64,000 nucleotides of DNA, from positions 1,612,001 to 1,676,000 of the forward strand of contig OZ218965.1 of NCBI GenBank assembly GCA_965112735.1, written 5' to 3'. The position numbers and the translations under genes were made by a program. The DNA is from Phaeosaccion multiseriatum (Eukaryota > Protista > Ochrophyta, other classes). This document shows, one piece after another, positions 61,163 through 64,000 of this stretch; position 1 is the stretch's first letter, and the number at the start of each line of letters is the position of its first letter. The notes under the pieces were generated by a model that saw only the letters and a program-made list of their open reading frames with translations, searched no databases and was not told the DNA's origin.

Positions 61163-61318
61163 ATGAGCACAGCAGGGCCTGCTGCTGCTGCAGAAGCTGC
61201 TGCCAGTGCGGCGGCTGCAGCAGCTACAGCGGCAGCTGCGGCTCGAGGCAGTCAACAGCAGCAGCAGCAGCCGCAGTTGTCCATCTCTCTGAATCCCGAC
61301 ACCTTGGCCGCTGCGCAT

Positions 61319-61358
<40 letters not shown>

Positions 61359-61416
61359 TCTTACATCAACAGCAATGGCAACAGTACCACCAGCAAATGC
61401 AGCAGTACCAGCAGCA

Positions 61417-61450
<34 letters not shown>

Positions 61451-61966
61451 GGGTATCAACATCCCCAGCAACAACAGCACCACGTGCAGTACCATCCACA
61501 GCAGCCGCCACAACAGCAACAGCAGCAGCCGCATCCTCAACAACAACAGCAGCCAGCGCACTACTACGCCCAAGTCCAGCCGCACCAGCAGCAGCACCCC
61601 CACTACCCCGGAGCAGCAGCTCCCGCTTACGCCTACCCTGGCGCGGTGCCACAGCAGCAGCAAGGGCAGTACCCTCCACAAGCCGGCTACTATCCTCACG
61701 CGGCACCGCCTGCTGTTGCTGCTGCTGCTCCTGCTGCTACTACTGCTACTCAAAGCCACCCCCTCGTGCATCAGTTTCTGGCGGCAGCGCCACCACAATC
61801 AGGGCAACAACCAACAGCAGCAGGGCCACCAGCGCACCATCCACAACAGCAATATCCGCAGCAAGCAATAGCAGCAGGGCCGCCAGCGCACCATCCACAG
61901 CAGCAGCAGCAGCAGTATCCGCAGCAACAGCAGCCTCCGAATCAGCCCGGCTACACTTCTACCCCT

Positions 61967-62011
<45 letters not shown>

Positions 62012-63258
62012 CCGAATCAGCCAGGCTACGCTTCTGTGCCTCAGCAGCAGCAGCAGCAGCAGCAGCAGCATCAGCAGCACAAGCAGCAGCATGCGCCTAT
62101 GCCTGGAGTGAGCTTTGTGCACGCCGCTGGGGGGGAGGCAGAGGCGGACTCCAAAGCCGCCCCTCGGCCCAAGCTCGACGACGAGATGGAGCGCCAGGTA
62201 CGGTTACAGAGACAGTTTGGGCCGTGGGGTGTGTGTGTCGCATATTGTCGCATATGCAAACGACGACTTTGATAAGTAAATGAATGGCTGCAAGTCCGCC
62301 GAGTCTTTCCCTTCCACCACCACCCCGCCCCGCCCGTTTTACTACACGACCTCCTCCTCCCCGTCTTGGTACATCAAAAGTGCACAGGGAGTCTCCTTCC
62401 TTCCTTTCCAGCGCGACTGCCTGCTCTGTGTAGATGGGTGGTTTGGGGGGGGCAGGCGAGTGTGTCGAGTTTATTAAAAGACGAACGCAGGGAGGACTCT
62501 GCGTCTCTCCGTCTCGCAGACTCAGCATGACTCGTTCGATTTGACTGCGAGAAAGGCCTGGCTGACGCCACCGCTTGCGTTCGCCCGCTGTGCTGCCGGC
62601 CGACTCTCCCAATTGCCCTCCATCCATCCTTCCTTCCTCCACAGGAGCAGCAGGTTAGTGACTACATGAATGCTGCGGTGCGGGGGCGAGGCTTGGGCTT
62701 TGTGGTACCCAAGCGGGAGGAGGAGGAGCAGCGCTTTCTTAGACCAGCAGCAGCTCCCCAGGGGGGTGCGTCCATCGCCCCTCCCTCGTCCTTAGCGGGG
62801 CAGGTGAAGGAGGAAGGAATGGTCGTTGTGAAGAGCGAGCAAGAACAAGAGCAAGGGAGCGAGGGGGTGGGCGCGACTGGAGAGACAGGAGGAGCGCCCC
62901 CTTCCACTCCCTCTGCGGGTCTCACAGGGGCAGCAGCAGCCGCCGCAGCCATCGCCGCTCGGTTAGGGGCAATTAAGTCCGACGCAGTCAGTCAGCAGGA
63001 GCTACCCCCGGGGGAGAGACGGATGGTACCAGACGGCTTCGTCGCGGCCGCTGAGATCATCCCGTTGCCAGAGGTGCTGGAGCGCCCCTTCGTGCTTCCG
63101 CTGGTGTTTGATGCCACCACCAGCCTCATCAGGCCCAGGGAGAGGGACAGGCTCAAGAAGGCGGCTATTAAGAACATTGAGTACATAGAGAGGTGGGTGA
63201 GCAAGAGAAAGAGAGAGAGAGGAGAAAGAGAGAGATAGAGAGAGAGAGAGAGAAAGAA

Positions 63259-63319
<61 letters not shown>

Positions 63320-63320
63320 T

Positions 63321-63367
<47 letters not shown>

Positions 63368-63432
63368 TAGAGAGAGAGAAAGAGAGAGAGAGAAAGAGAG
63401 AGAGAAAGAGAGAGATAGAGAGAAAGAGAGAT

Positions 63433-63479
<47 letters not shown>

Positions 63480-63480
63480 T

Positions 63481-63527
<47 letters not shown>

Positions 63528-64000
63528 TAGAGAGAGAGAGTGGACCAAAGTCGGCAGTCGACGGCCATCAAACGTGCGCTGTGTTTTGATGTTGTAGGGG
63601 GCGCTGCTCGTACGCTTTCGAGAGAGCAGCCGAATCGCCTTTTCCATCCCTTGTACGTGTTTCCTTGGCCAAGCCCTCTGCTGCGTCAGTCAACTGCAGC
63701 CTCCTGTGCCCGTCTTCTCTCCGCCCTTCCTTCCTCCTCTATCGCTGCTGCTCACCTGCTACTGCTGTTGCTCGTGCCCGCCATGATCCGCACTCTCGCT
63801 TGCAGGAAGGAGATGGAAGGGAGGATGAAGAAGCTGGAGCGCCTTGACCAGGTGCATTATGTAATGTTATGTAGGACTGGTTGGGCCTTCCCCCTGCAGC
63901 TTGTTGGGCCTCCCATCCTTGTCTTTGTCTTTTAGACAGTTGTGCCTCGGTCTTGAGCAGGGATGGATTTTCTGATCTTCTACCCCCCTCCCACTTACCC
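61163..64000 (+). CDS. Gln/Pro/His-rich protein of unknown function, continues beyond window
   Basis: Exon 61163-62197 (donor GTACGG), exon from 62645 (EQQVSDYMNAAVRGRGLGF...KNIEYIER), exon ~63806-63851 (KEMEGRMKKLERLDQ). Confidence 0.6.
63203..63540 (+). repeat. Intronic (GA)n microsatellite
   Basis: Imperfect dinucleotide run. Confidence 0.95.

Noticed and set aside
1-64000. Telomeric repeats or rRNA
   Set aside because: No TTAGGG/TTTAGGG arrays or rRNA-like sequence seen

Overview
Eukaryotic genomic DNA with spliceosomal introns full of microsatellites. A signal peptide plus 'TAFVVP' bipartite plastid-targeting motif points to an ochrophyte (photosynthetic stramenopile) alga. The window has two sharply different parts. 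1-41.2 kb is gene-poor and repeat-dense: one intact intronless ankyrin+BTB ORF, an intron-containing tRNA-Ile(AAT), a 30-bp minisatellite with higher-order structure, large (ACTC)n/(CCCT)n/(AGGG)n arrays, LTR and DNA-transposon relics, and several MITE-like families sharing a TCRRCCCCWG terminus (two with perfect 6-bp TSDs). It also holds nested inverted duplications: two fold-back palindromes of gene fragments (one a USP deubiquitinase fragment) and two extra copies of the Vps33 3' end. 41.2-64 kb is compact and gene-dense: Vps33 (-), a bacterial-type EcxA/DUF5117-like zinc metalloprotease (+), JMJD6 (-), a plastid-targeted NEET/CDGSH protein (+), a broken Myb gene (+) and a Gln-rich gene running off the end (+). 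The most striking observation is that both palindromes sit downstream of the same duplicated ~2.2-kb cassette (Vps33 tail, 137-bp hairpin, segment C, MITE end), suggesting a hairpin-RNA-generating locus. All alignments were done by eye, so coordinates of diverged repeats are approximate.
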